Shown here piece after piece: positions 11,136-25,562 of a stretch of 64,000 bases of DNA. The stretch comes from Eledone cirrhosa (taxonomy: Eukaryota): contig OZ024743.1 in the NCBI GenBank assembly GCA_964016885.1, positions 27,032,001 through 27,096,000 on the forward strand. Direction: 5' to 3'. The position numbers and the translations under genes were made by a program. Each line of letters begins with the position of its first letter. The stretch's first letter is position 1. The notes beneath the pieces are model-generated. The model saw nothing but the letters and a program-made list of their open reading frames with translations. It did not search any database and was not told where the DNA came from.

Positions 11136-12889
11136 CACCTTATTTGATATAAAAATAATTTATGATGTATTACAAATTCTTATTTTGGTATTATGCATGT
11201 TGGGCTGTTCACGTCTTTCTCAATAGCATTATTGATAGAAGTCTGGATACAGAATTTTTGATTAGTTAAGAAGTTAGTTTCACAATCATAAGGTCTCTGT
11301 ATCTATAATTCAAAGGGCTAGATTTCTGGTATTTTGCTGAATCTCCATGAGAATTAAGTTAAGGGTTCATGCATGTGTTTGGGGAATACTTAGATACTTG
11401 GACCTTAATTTCTTGTGCAGTCTGTTCAATTGGTTGAACATTTAGAACACTCAGCTTCAAAACCAATAGAGATCCATTCCATTCCAATGATAGAAGTAAA
11501 ATCACTATCAAGTACCATATAGAAATTTCTAAAGATTTACTATTTCTTTCCAAACTCTCAAAATGCTATTTGGACTCCACTTGCTGTCATGTTGCTTCAA
11601 CATCAGCTGTTTCCCACAAATACATTTCTCAATGGGTAAGGCTAATTTCCCATTGTAGATGGAACTAACAGGGTTAGACCAAGGGGATCGAAAAAAATTA
11701 GGTAATAAGACCCTTATCTGAGGTGTGGCTTGTTGTGATACTTTCTTCACAGTGGCAATCAAACGAAACCTGTGTCAAACCCACATTCAATTGCTCAACA
11801 GGCTAAAGATTACATTCTTGCCAGCTGCTTTTGAGGTCGATAAAAAAAGTACCAGCCTTAGTACTAGGGTCGAGTCTTCCTCTATATCTCTTTCTCACTT
11901 TCTATCCCCCTCTGGAAGAAATCTGCTGAGTTCAGATTTAGAGAGGGATGGGCTCTGCCAGGTTTAAAAATGTCCAAGAAACACTGTCAGTATAGTGCCC
12001 AAAATGAGTATGATTCCACCAGAAATTATGGGACCATACCATGATAGGTATGTTCCATTGAAGATGACTACTGACAACCAAAAATAAAACTCATTGGATG
12101 CCATGCCATAGCTCCTTAACTACTGGTGAAGTCATATGAGTAATGAGTACCAGTGACTAACAGTGTGTCTTGGGTATTTAAATCTGACAGATCCCATCCT
12201 ACACCAGATTGGAACATACATGATTTCTTTGAGAGAGAGGGAGGAACATTCAGTCCCAGTATTGAACAAGTACTTTATTGATTTTCAAAGAATGAAAGGC
12301 AAAGCTAACTTTGATGGAATTTGAACTCAGGACACAGAGAACCGAAATATATACTGCAATGCATTATATCCAATGCTCTAACAACTTTGCCAATCCATAA
12401 CCTTTATCATCAATTTCACATCCTAATTCAGTAATTATTAGCAGACCTTTATTGACATCTCATTGGATATCAAATTGTTTCATGGGCTTTGTTTTACAAA
12501 TTACTGTGTGTATTGTATCCCAAAGTGTCATAGGAAGCAACTAAAAGGGTGGACACCAGGAAGGTCAATTGACCATAAAACATTACCCTTTCATGGGGCT
12601 TGCTTGTCTAACCCCTGTTTTAATAGGGGAAACTAATCTTAAAATACTTGCTGCTGCTTTGTTTTACAAATTATATTATATTATAATAATTTTTCTGGCA
12701 CAAAAAAAATTGATTTTTGGAGTCATATGAATTATAACATAGGCATGGCTGAGTAGTTAAAAAGTTTGTTTTGTAATTATGAAGTCCTGGGTTTAATCCC
12801 ATTGCATGGCATCTTGAGCTCATGCCTTTACTATAGCCTCAGGTCAACTCAAGTCTTGAGAGTGAATTTGTATAAATGGAAGCACCCCG

Positions 12890-13140
12890 CGACAAACAGC
12901 ACCGAGCCCACACTGTAAAGTGGTCGAGTAGGAGTCACGATAAAAGGCACCCACTCGATATTGTAAATGAGGTTGGCATTAAGAAGGGCATCCAGTCATA
13001 GAAACCAAGCTAGAAACGGTTCTGTGTGAGCAAGACATGGTCACCAGACCCAACTTGCCTCAAATGGGACAAGCCATTTAACCCATGCTAGCATAGAAAA
13101 TAGACATTAAATGGTGATGATGATGATAATGATGATGATG
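12890..13140 (+). mobile_element. SINE family B nested in a decayed family C SINE (~12745-13330)
   Basis: aagaagggcatccagtc core and (GAT)n tail. Confidence 0.6.
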
Positions 13141-13664
13141 AATCTTTGTGAAAGCCCATGAGATTGAGTGTACCTGTAATTCAAACAGTTAGCCTTGTTA
13201 CATATTGTGTTATGCTGAATTAGCTTGGAAATTACATTAAAGGTACACATGTCTGTAGAATACTTAAATGCTTAAGTGTTAATTTAATGAGGTAGACATA
13301 CAGACTATCAAACAACTAAATGATCATCATCGAAATTGGTGGAGGATACATCAGCATTTCCAAATAAACAGTTTATGAAATAAATAAGTTAAATAAATAG
13401 ATTGTTTGGCTTGAAAGGAAATATCTAATTAGTTTGTTCACAATTTCTATAAATGAATATTATTATGTTTTGAACATTTTCTTCAAGACATAAAAAATAG
13501 TTAAAAATTATAAAAACAAAATACGAAGAGTTTTATTGAAAATGAAATATAATATTGTCTGCGGATGTTTTCTGGCTTGAAAGACAGCCTCATTTGTTTA
13601 TAACACTTTACCAAAGTAGATATCCTATTCCTCCTCACCATCAACACCACCAGATAGATAGATA

Positions 13665-14858
13665 TGTTTCTTTATTAGCCACAGGGGCACAAAAGAGAGG
13701 GACAAATACAAAGGGGGAAGTTTACATACAATAAAAACGTGTAAAATGTTATCGCAAATGCAATTTAAAAAGTTAGTCGATTTTCCCCAATAGGGGGAGA
13801 CAGTGTATATGGGTAACACATACCCCCGAAAAAAATGTGCAACCCTCATCTCCAGGAGTACGAAGAGTTTGTACTCCTTTCCTCTCCTCCTCCTTTTCCT
13901 CAACCTACAGGCTGATATAGAGAGAAGGCTCATTCACTCGGGCCATTCTCGCCACTTTCATCCACCTTTCATAAAACTTGCTGGGGTACAGCACCTCTCT
14001 CTCCATCCTGATTCTTCTTCCAAAGTGGTATTTGAAAAAAAGAATCAGTTGTTGGCCGGAGAGAAAGGTGTCTGACCTCAGCCCTTTCAACCTTGTCCAC
14101 CATACAACCTCTTTCGCCATAGCTATCACACAAAGGAAAACCACCTCTCCTTCGTTTTTGAAGGAGGGTGGCGGTTTGATCATGACAATGGACTCGGTGG
14201 TCAACCGGATTGGTCCCACCCATGACAATAGTCGTTCTACATAGCCCCACAGGTCAGTGACGCCCGGGCAGTGTATGAATGCGTGCGCGACGGTTTCTTC
14301 GTCTCGCACGCACCTCCGACAGATCTTTTTTGCAGGGTCCCTGCCCGGGCGTCCATGTCTGTAGAGCTTGTCTCGAACTGGTAGAGCTCCTCGGTAGCGC
14401 TGCCAGGCCAGGGACTTTTGGAAGTTGTCCATCGGTCCCGGGCGGAAGGTCCTACCGAACAGACTGGCCAGTTCATCTTCCTCTACGCCTAGAGTTTCAC
14501 CGAGCGCGTCGTCGCACTTGCTGCGGATCAACCCTCTATAGAATGACTTCACTGATCGCCGGGTCCACCTGCCAGAGGGCTGTGAGCGCCTGAGCACATT
14601 CGATGTGCCAGTCGCCCATTTTCCTCGGTCTTTGCTTGACCCAGGACTGCAGCTCGGTCAGCGAGACGAGTCGTGGGAAGGCTCGCCTCACGAACGGGGC
14701 CCACACCGGTTGTCCGGTGAGGAATATGTAGAGATGCCGCAGCCTGAGCGCATGTTTGCGCATCGTCAACCACGGCATCCCCAGCCCTCCGTTAGAAGGA
14801 TGTTGGGAGCAGATGGATCTTCTCACCAAAGGAGCCCGCCTCTTCCAAAGGAATTGGA
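13665..14858 (-). mobile_element. L1/Tx1-clade LINE, 5'-truncated, inserted in (GATA)n
   Basis: GGLGMP motif and zf-RVT-like W..YRGALPVRDKL..CRRC..EETVAHAFIHCP; AATAAA near 3' end; agatagatag on both flanks (13652-13661, 14859-14868). Confidence 0.85.
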
Positions 14859-17366
14859 AGATAGATAGTTAGATAGAGAGATATGTAGATAGAGAGATAG
14901 GTAGGTAGATAGATAGGCAGGTAAATAAATAGATGTTGCTTTTATTGTCTGAAGATAGATATGTAACTAGAGATAGTAGCTGGGGGTAGGGAGGAAGATT
15001 TAAAATTGCCATTTCTGAAACAAATCTAACACAAAAGTTGTTGCCACAGGACATATGAGTTTTATCACAAAGATACTTGCATAAGCCCTGATATAATAAT
15101 AATACATCTCACTGTGAAAGTAAACAAAGTGTTTATACAAAAGTTTTTTTTATCTCATTAAGGGTAGAAAAAGTGGAATCTGTTTCACTAGTTTCTTGTC
15201 TTGGACCTTTATTAGAGAAACATATTTTATGAGAGACTTATATTTTATAGATATTTATTAGTTTGATATGGCTAAACTAGCCCATTTAATTTACATAACA
15301 GTATATGCCCTGAACATAGTTGATAATTAATAATGCACTTGAAAATCTAGGAAGAATAGAAACTAGTCTGATTAATCCCACTTGATCCAAAATAGGAAAG
15401 GAATGTCATATCTCTACATGTCATAAAAGGTTAGCATTAAAATGAGAATTTGGTTGTAAAACACCACCTCAAAAGTCCCATCTAACATATACAAACATAG
15501 AAAAGGGGATGTAAAAATAATAATGATGTGAATGATGAATGCATATCCCTCAGTGTGTGTATTAAAACACATCCATTTTCAAATATCGTAGCATATTCTG
15601 ACTTGTTACAAAAACTTGTGGAACACCTGCAGATCATATGTAGTACACATTATACCACAGTGCTTAGCTTAACTTAGTTTCTACCATGATGCTGCAGTAG
15701 AGTGGTTGAAAATGTTTGTTTTAGGGCAAGGTTAAGGAAAGGAAAGAATGCATATATAAGAAGTGATTTGAAATCAGAACGTACAGAGCCTGAACAAAAT
15801 GCCACTAAGTATCTAACAATCCTGCCAACCCATCTCACTGGATTGGTATCTTTTTTATTGGTTCCAAAATGATGAAAGGCATAGTTGATCTTGGCAGGAT
15901 TTGAACTTAGACTGCAAAGAACCAGAACAAATACTGATACATTTAATCCAACTTTACAACAATTCAAGCCATGTTAAATATATATTATAGGCAGTCAAGT
16001 GGCAGATTCATTAGGCAGTCATTAAAATCCTTTGTAGTGTTAGTCCAAACTCTCTGTGCTCTGAGTTCAAATTCTACTGTAGCCAACTTTGTCTTTTATC
16101 CTTTGGGATTGATAAATAAAGTACCAACCCAGGGGAAGTAAATTGGTGGAATTGTAAAAGCACCAGATGGGTGTTCTGAATTTAAATCCCACCTCCTGTC
16201 AGGGGAAAATCAGTGATGTATCTGCCAGAAGTTGCAAGCAACAGATAGTATTAGAAATGGAAAGACTAGTTTTCTTGGTCTGATCTAGAAAATCAGCTAC
16301 TTTTCTTTTTTTCTTTCCTTAAATATATATTGATAATATAGAATTAATAACAACTGATTGTTTGATAGCTGACTTATTTTAAATCGAGCCTGGTCGTATG
16401 ATTCAACACAGAAATATGTCACACTGTCCCAAAAGATTTGATATTGATTGGTGAAATTCTTGTTTAAAAGGTTTCTTCTATGTAAACAAAGTAGAATGGA
16501 GATTGGCAAACATCTTGGAAGAAATGAATAGGCTGAATATGAAGAAATATTACTGTTTTTAGAGACAAACCTTGAAGGATTACTGCAATAAAACAGACTT
16601 TTCTGTTGTTGTTGTAAACAAAAAAAATATTCTTCTGAATCGATCTGTATGTTGTTCATGGCTTTAGAAACCAGTAAACTGTGTGATTTAATAAGAGAAA
16701 CTACCAAAGATTTCATAAAATGTTAGTAATTCAGGCTTCTAACCAATAAATAATAATAAAAAAAAAACGAAATTAGAAAGTCAATTCACTCGATATGTCA
16801 TTAAAACTACTGAAATAAAAAAAAGAATTGAATTTTGCATAAACATAATTGCTGGTGAAAATACCTCCTTTCAATTGTTACTCCTCCTTTTTCTTCTTCT
16901 TTTTTTGTCGTCTTCATCTCCTCCTCCTCCTTCTTCTTTTCCTTCTGCTGTTGCTGCTATTGCTGATATTTTTGTTGCTGTTGCTACTGTTACTGTCAAC
17001 ATCACCATGACTATTATCACTAATATTGCTACTTTGCAATCGTCAGGTTCTGGGTACGATCCTACTGCATGGCATCTTGGGTAAATGTCATTTAAGCATC
17101 TCCCCATGTATTGAGTACTCCCATGATTAGTGGCCTAGTCGGTCTCAGCACTGCAGACTCTCTCTCTCTCTATATATATATAGCTCTCACTCTCCCTCTC
17201 TCTCTTTCTCTCTTTATATATATATCACTCTCATTCTCCCCCCTCTCTCTCTCTATATATGTGTGTGTCTCAAGAGGGGGAAGAGAAAGGGAACAATGTA
17301 GAGAATGATATGTATACAGAAAGGCACACTCTTAATACATGCATGGGTAACTGAATAGATATGCAT

Positions 17367-17596
17367 TGTATGTGTGCACTTGCATGCTTGTATGTGTGCA
17401 TGTGTGTGCACTTGCATGATTGTATGTGAACATGTGTGTGCACTTGCATGCTTGTCTGTGTGCATGTGTGTGCACTTGTATGCTTGTATGTGTGCATGTG
17501 TGTACACTTGCATGCTTGTATGTGTGCATGTGTGTGCACTTGCATGCTTGTATGTGTGCATGTGTGTGCACTTGCATGCTTGCGTGTGTGTGCATG
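17367..17596. repeat. 32-bp minisatellite (~6-7 copies)
   Basis: Unit tgtatgtgtgcatgtgtgtgcacttgcatgct. Confidence 0.85.
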
Positions 17597-18250
17597 AAAC
17601 AAAGCTAGATTGTGAGAACACCAGCTAGAACTGGCATGAATAATGAAAAATATCTGATTGATGTCTTTGGCTCATGAAAGCATAGAAAGGAAGTTATAAA
17701 AAACATAAAGAGATATATTTCAATATTGTTATTTGAATATATTTTGATATATTCTAGAAAGTTCTAGGTTATAGTGTAGCCACAATGTTTCTAAATATTG
17801 CCACTGTAACAACTATGAGTAACAATAAAATGAGGATATTTTCTGCTATAAGTTGTTGTCAGTGAAGTAGACATTCATGTGAATTATATTGATATATCTT
17901 CATTTTATTTGATTTCCAATCTTTGCATAAACTCTTCTGTCATTCTTAACCACTATTCTGGAAAAAATGCCAATTATCTCCCCCCTCTTTACACACACAC
18001 ACACATATTTATGTAACTATCTGTATGTCTGTTTCTCTATTTATCACTTTCTCTCTTTCTATATACCTATTTATCTACCCCCCCCCCCCATCAAACATAA
18101 ATTTAAGCTTAGTATTGATGGTTATAAGAATGAGCACTCAATACCATACAAGCAATTAATGTCTGGCTCTTATGCTGTACCACATATCACCAGTGATAGT
18201 GGTCCTTTGTCGTCTAATGTCTTATATATATATATATAATGTCTTATATA

Positions 18251-18368
18251 TACAGATAGACATATGTGTTCAATCAAGGGGGATTTAAAGCCACCAGTGT
18301 GACAAACATATGTTCACCACATTGGTGGTTTTAAATCCTCTATGATTGAACACATATCTCTATGTGTA
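18251..18368 (+). repeat. 51-bp-arm imperfect hairpin in a TA-flanked insert
   Basis: Arms 18251-18301 and 18318-18368; 7 mismatches by eye, 4 of them G:T. Confidence 0.85.
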
Positions 18369-19174
18369 CTTCTCTCTATATGCTGATCTATAAAGAGCCT
18401 GGAATCTGTTCCTTGAGCTCATTAAATTATAGAGGATGATTGTGAGTCTTTAACTCCACTTTTTAATTTGATATATATATATGTGTGTGTGTGTGTACAT
18501 TTAACCCTTTAACATTTAAACGGGCTGTATCTGGCCAGAATTCTCTTACCTCTTTCTGTTCAAATCAAATGTAATCATCTGCTCATACTTATGTTAAGGT
18601 GTTGTTCTCAAAATAAATAATATAAAAATCCCAAATTCGATATTATGTGAGGTAAAGTGTTTACAGTGAAAATATAATAGTGTATATAGGGTAAATGCTA
18701 AAGGGTAAAGGCAGTATCAGTGACAGCAACATGTTTTTGGAGTTGCCTATTTGTCCCCCCTTTTTTCTGTTGTAAGAGAAGTGGCTGTACTCGGACATGA
18801 GTAGGCTTTCCACTACTTATATAGATGACAGGCTTCTGCAGTTTCAGTCCACCAACTTCCCCTCACAAAGATTGTTTAACCCAAGGTTATAGTAAAAACA
18901 GAGCCTATGAGAAGGGCGTCCAGCTGGTACTTTGTTCTGGGGCCCAAGAACTAAGGAGGACCAATAGCATCCATGCAACATCTATTTTGAGAACAATCTT
19001 TGCCTGCTTCAGGCCCTGAATAAAAAAGGAACTTGCCCCAAGTGCCATGCAGTGCAACTGAACCTCGAACCACATAACTGCAAAGTAAATTCTTGAACCA
19101 CACAGTTATACCTCTGTCTTTATCTGTTTTGCTGAACTATCTGCATTGCTATAGATTGGTTCATTTATTTATGG

Positions 19175-19790
19175 CTTTTTATGTTCTGAGTTCAAATCCT
19201 GCTGAGGTTTACTTTGCCTTTCATTTTTCCAGGTTTGATAAAATAATGTACCAGTAAAGTACTGGGGTCAATAAAATTGATTTTCCTCACCATCAAAAAA
19301 TTGCAGTTCTTGTACTTAAATTAGAAATCGTTATTAGAGCTAAGTGAGGGCGGTGGATTGTCAGTATCGGTAGAGGGTCGGACGCCATGCTTTGCAGCAT
19401 AGAGTTACGCCCCTTTATGATCTGAGTTCAAATCCCGCCGAGGTTAACTTTGCCTTTCATCCTTATGGGGTCAATAAAATAAAGTACCAGTCATGCACTG
19501 GGGTCGATTTAATCAACTTTCCCCTCCCCCAAAATTGCTGGCCTTGTGCCTATATAAGAAATCATTATTAGAGCTAAGTGAGTGTGGTGGATTGGTAGAC
19601 TCATTGCAGCATTGAGAAAAATGCTTTGCAGTATTTGCTTCAGCCTTTTACATTCTGAATTGAAATCATGTTGAGGTCATCTTTGCCTTTGATGCTTCAG
19701 GGGTCAATAAAATAAAGTATTGAGGTTGATTTAATCAACTTTCGCCTTCCTGAAAAATGCTGGCATTGCGCCAATGTTAGAAAGAATTAT
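19175..19790 (+). mobile_element. Head-to-tail trimer of family A SINEs
   Basis: Middle copy 19349-19564 flanked by 18-bp TSD ttattagagctaagtgag (19331-19348, 19565-19582). Confidence 0.85.
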
Positions 19791-20429
19791 CAGAGTTAAG
19801 GAAGGGAACTCTGTGAAATTGATATGATCAAGCAGCATACTAGAAATCATTATAACTGCTTCGTTGAAGAATGGGTGCTGTTAGAAAAACTAGAATGTAG
19901 GACTGAAAATTGTATTTAATGAAGTTTCATCTCTCTATATTTTAAGTTCAAACTCAGGGTCTACATAACACAGCAATCATATCATAGGACTTACTGAATG
20001 GGAGCTACAAGCAGTCTTTTCACAGTCACTAAAGCTGTTAGAAATAACAACCAAATATCCCTTAAATCATACTCTCCATTTTAAATAAGGAAAAGAGACA
20101 ATATATAATGTAGTCTTATATACTCACTAAAAAGATTGGATAGAATCACTTTAGTCATACGTTTGCCCCATTCTATTCCCAAACCAATAAATTTACTTTC
20201 ATGAGACAAAAAAAATAAATTTATATCTGGCAGCTATTCTTGGTATAAGAGTACTACAATATCTGTTGAAAAAAAATCTGACTTTATTTTTTCCTGTGGG
20301 ATGTAAGGGAGACAAAGTATGCAGAATAGAGCTACAAACATTCATGTGTATGGGTTGTTTTTGGAGAGTTCACTGGATGATATTAGGCAGTTAGCTTGTG
20401 AGGTGCTGTTCCACTTACTCATCACGTTT

Positions 20430-20780
20430 TCATACTACCAACAAGAATCCTGAGTTGCTGAATATTTGATAACAGAAGATGAGATGTGGGTCTCCAGGTA
20501 CAACTGGGAAACCAAATCTCAGCCATCATATGGGTGTAGTTAACATCGCTAAAGATCAAAAAAGCATATCCAGTCTTGAGCAAAATCAAGGTGACTTGAT
20601 TTTCTTTGACTACTACGCATCAGAAGGACACATAGTTACAAATGAGTACTATCAGGAAGTCTTTTGATGTCTTCATGGTGAAATATGGCACATACTTTGA
20701 AAGACCAGACATGCTTTGAACAGTGAAAGGATTACTGAGCGAAGTGTGTGAAGGAACAAGGGATTAGCCATTGAACCCCA
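20430..20780 (+). mobile_element. Decayed mariner transposase fragment
   Basis: ITEDEMWV..Y..ETKSQ, FFD, EGHIVTNEYYQEV, KCVKEQG motifs with frameshifts. Confidence 0.7.
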
Positions 20781-22465
20781 CCAAGTATGTAATTTGTTTC
20801 CCAGCTTAAGGTTTGATATTTTTCCAACAGAAGCTGTCTAAATAAGCAATAACTATATTTTAAAAAGTCAGGATTTATATTTAAATAAAATAGAAACTAT
20901 TTAACTGAGACAGGATCTATTTATATAATTATGTAAACAAAGAACTATATTTACTTTAGTCAGGATATATAGGTGACATGTTATAACTGAAAATATTTAT
21001 GTCACAGCTTGATACAGACAGTTTATGAAAGTTTACTGGCTTCAAAAAATTATTCTTGTAAAGTTGTCATTTGAAAATGTGAATAACATTTTATCATTCC
21101 TTAATAATAAAAAAAACCATATGCAGTTGAATAAAAACATAAAATCCTTTCACATAGTGATCAACTCATTTGACAAAGCAAAACTTTGAAGGTGATCACC
21201 ATTTGCAAACAAAATGTTGAGTCTACATGTATTTTAATTTCCATGAATGAATAATAAATGTTGGTCAGTTTATCTGTTTGTATTTGCAGAAGATGGACTA
21301 TATTTACAATAAATGGAAATCATAGTTATACAATGTAAGAATGTTAGCATGAAAGAAATATCTAATTTATCAGATAGATAACTTAATATGTGGCTGGGCT
21401 ATGATATTTACATGAGATTAGATCTATATCAACATATGGCAGTGTCAATATTTACCTGAAGCAAGTTCTATAGCAGTATATGACAGAAATTGATGATATG
21501 AAGTAAGAAGTAGATACTTAATACTATGAATTCAGTGTAGACAAACGGTAAACAAAAGATACAATGGGATCTGTGACAAGGAGAGAATCAGATGTCATTC
21601 ATGTACAGAATAGTTAACAGTAAGAACATAATTGTTTCTACTTTTGGCACAAGGCCAGCAAATACCCAGTGCATTACTGGTACTTTATTTTATCGACCCC
21701 GTAAGGATGAAAGGCAGGTGGCTCATTAGACATACTTTCTGATACCAAGGAAATCTAATTAATATTGCAGAGCTTATAGGGGAATATGGCAATTATAATT
21801 TAAACAAATTAGAGGAAATTTAGATTAGCAGCAAATATTCTCCCCCCCTCTCTCTCTGAAAGGTAGTATGTAAAAAGTATTATATTGCATAGCAGTAAGA
21901 TACAACAGTGAATGTAAAAGATCCATGCAGGTTGGAGAGAAATATGGAGAGAAAATCCATTATGTGTGTAACAGGAAGGAAAGACTAGTAAAAACTGACC
22001 TGAGAAATAAGCCAGGCATTTAGAGCCTCAATTTGTGCCCCCAAAACCATAACTGAAATGATAAATGACCAATGGCATTCTAGTCACAACCACTGTGTTT
22101 TTAGCCAAACATTGTTATTTAGGATTACACTATCCAGTTATCAATTTTTACCCTTTTGGGCTACCATACAGAGACTCTATTAGCCAGTGTCCTTAAATAT
22201 ATAGGAAGGTTTAAAAAGTGTTGAGTTTAGTTGTCAGGATACTGTGTCTCACATGTTATAACTGGTGTTTACTGTATAGCTAAACCATTTAATAAATTTA
22301 ATAATAGAAAATGGATAATCATTGGTGTTTGTGATGATGATGCTATAAGGTTTATTTTAAGGAAATTTTAGAATTGCACAAATATTAGAGACAAGTAACA
22401 TGACCCAGTGTTTGATAGTTTCTGAGTCAGAAGAGCATTTGTAATAGATTGGAACAGGTGATTTC

Positions 22466-22500
<35 letters not shown>

Positions 22501-22644
22501 AATCGATTTCAAGTACTGGATTTTATTTCATATATTGGCTTCATAAGGATGCGAGGCCAAGTTGACTTCGATAAGATTTCAACCCAGAGCTCAGTGAGCT
22601 AGAAAAAATACCGGGGAATTTTTTTATCTAAAGCCCTAATAACG

Positions 22645-22995
22645 TTACTATCACCACCACCAGCAGCATCACCACCACTAGCACCAGCACTATCACCACC
22701 AGCACCAGAACCACCAGAACCACCATCACCAGCACCAGGACCATCACCAGCACCAGCACCAGGACCAGCACCAGCACCACCATCACCAACACCAGCACCA
22801 CCAGCACCATCACAACCACTTAATATTTTTATTATAAAACAGTCGTAACACAATCCACCACCACCACCACCTTCACCACCACAACCACCACCACCTTCAC
22901 TACCACCACATTCACCACCACCACAACCACCACCACCACCACCACCACATTCACCACCACCATCACCTTCACCACCACCACCACCACCACCACTG
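22645..22995. repeat. (CAC/CAG)n low-complexity trinucleotide tract
   Basis: Direct reading of the sequence. Confidence 0.9.
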
Positions 22996-24417
22996 TTTTT
23001 AAGGCACTAATTATATTAGAATATTTTGTTACATTTAGTTGGGTCCCAAGCATAATTCATTCACCGTGATGTGCTGCGTGTAAATTTCTTTTGCTCTTCA
23101 TAATAACAGTGTTCATTAAGTCTGTTAGAAGAAGAAGAAGACGAAGGAGGAGGTAGTGACAGAGTCACATGAGAAAGAAAGAAGACACATAGAAAAGAGG
23201 GATGAGGGAAGAAGAAGAAAAAGATAAAGAATTAATAAAAATTACAATACAAAAAAACAATCAAAAGTTTCAAAAAAACAAAAACAAAAACAAAACGAAA
23301 CAAAAAGAAAAGAAAAGACATTTATAATGCAATGAAAATAGAATCCAGCTTTTATAATTTAAACATTGTTTTTATCTTTTTTTAACATCATTTTATGTTG
23401 AATAACATTCTTTTTGTTTCTGTTTGTCATATTGATAGTATTGTGCAAGCATTTTAAGAATATTTTCAGTATCATTCAATCATTCAGAGGAAAGCTTTCT
23501 TCCACAAAAGAAATGCTTTGTTTATTTAAGTATCTTTATTTATATATTTATTTAATTTGTGGTGACGAATTGGCCGAGTCGCTACAACATAAGATATATG
23601 AGTAATGTCTTGTGGTATTCGTTCCAGCTCTCTGCGTTTTGATTTTGAGTTCAGATCCAAGGTAAAGTTTGCTTTTCATAGTTTTGAGGTCTATAAATAA
23701 GGTACCAACCCAGTTTACAACTGGGGTCGATTCTTCATCGCTCTCTCTCTCTCACTTCCTCTCTCGCGCTTATTTTCTCTGGGAGAAATCAGCTAGAATT
23801 CAGGCCTAGAGAAGGCTAGATTCTACCAGATTTAAATAGCCAAGACATGCCATATATTACTAGAGGGATTCACAACTCAATCAGGACTTAGATGTATCCT
23901 GTTTAGAATAGATACATCATATACCTGCATGTCATAAGAGATAACTAAAACAGTTGACGCTAGAAAATGTATCCAGCCATTGCTTCAAATAGGATCCTAT
24001 GATGCACATAAAAACCTTTCATGGGGCCGTTGGCATTCTCGGTTCGAATCACAGTGAGGTTGACTTTCCTTTTCATCATTTCGATGTCGATAAACTTAGT
24101 TAAATTATTAGTGTAACTGTATATATTATAGAAAATAGTAACCTAAGTAAACCCAGTGATAGCCAGAAGAAACACTCTTAAAACATTTGCTGTTGCTGCT
24201 ACTGCTGCTTTATTTATTTGTGTATTTATTTGTTGTTTCATTTTCTTTAGATTTACGATAATACATATGTGTGGAATAGAACAATGTCTACAGGTGCACA
24301 AGAATGTTCACAGGACAGGTGTAATGAGTCTCCTGGCATAACAAATCTGCGCCTGGAAAGTTACTCTTCTTTGTCTAAAATCAGCTTATTTACTCCACTA
24401 CCTTCTACCTGCCATTA

Positions 24418-24738
24418 TTGAATTGGCAGTATCGGTAGAGGGTCGGACACCATGCTTTACAGCATAGAGTTATGGCCCTTTACATTCTGAGTTCAATTCC
24501 TGCCGAGGTGAGCTTTGCCTCTCATCTTTACGGAGTCGATAAAATAAAGTACCAGTAATGCACTTGATAATTGCTGGCCTTGTGCCAAAAGTAGAAACAA
24601 TTATCTGGTGGATTGGCACTATCAATAGAGGGTCGGACACCATGCTTTGCAGCATAGAGTTATGTCCCTTTACATTCTGAGTTCAAATCCCATCGAGGTT
24701 AGCTTTGCGTTTCACCAGTAATGCCAAAAGTAGAAACA
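24418..24738 (+). mobile_element. Tandem family A SINEs (second internally deleted)
   Basis: Two A-box/B-box heads, shared gtagaaac tail. Confidence 0.8.
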
Positions 24739-25562
24739 CTTACAAAGCTTATTACATCGTTTTTTTTTTGTTTTTTTTTATTAATTTTTTTCATTCTTTG
24801 ATTTCTCCTTGTCTTGCCAAATGGATGTCGGAAATTTTGAATTATTTTCCTTAATTTTTTAATGGAAAACCAGCAGTTGTCCATACATGCAATTTTTCTC
24901 TCTCCACGCCACCGATATTGTCCAAGGGAAAGGCATCTAATGATACAGTGTGACACTGCTATCATTACAGGCGTTGTCAACAAAACTCAAATACATTCAT
25001 CACAATCACCATCTGTCCCCATTAGTGTCTTTAGAATCCTCCATCCAACCTTAATTACCGCCCCACTCTACCATGGCCATCACTATAATCATATCCAGGC
25101 CTTTCTCTCATTTGTCTGCTTTACTAAATACTAACTTATCCCACGAAAAACTGGAAGCTTATCAGCACAAAATTTATTTATTGATATTAGAGGCCAGCCA
25201 ATAAAAAACAAAACAAAACATTTTTCAACTCTGTCAAAACACACCAATCACTTACTTCCTTAGCTGTCAATATTAAATTAACATAGAGACAGATATAGTG
25301 AGTTTTTGTTTCCAAGCATCCAACTTGTTCACAGCAGTTCGCCAACTACCCACAGGCAAAACCTTCAAAAACTTATCTGTGCATGCTAAATGATGGCTTG
25401 CCTTGAGTATGAAATATTGTACCAGAACTACTAAATTAACAAACACGCAAAGATCACGTAAAACTTGCTTTTTTCTCTGACAACTACAAATTTACTGTAC
25501 ACATATCTCTTACATATTCAGTATTCATTCTTTACTGAATTATATTGATTTTATATTACATA

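Noticed and set aside
16297-16716. 139-aa minus-strand ORF as a host exon
   Set aside because: No recognisable domain and AT-rich random-like composition; cannot be excluded without RNA-seq
17367-17596. 32-bp repeat of CRISPR-like length
   Set aside because: No spacers, no cas genes, eukaryotic context; it is a minisatellite
22599-23053. Gly/Ala-rich structural-protein-like ORF
   Set aside because: (CAC/CAG)n low complexity with no exon context
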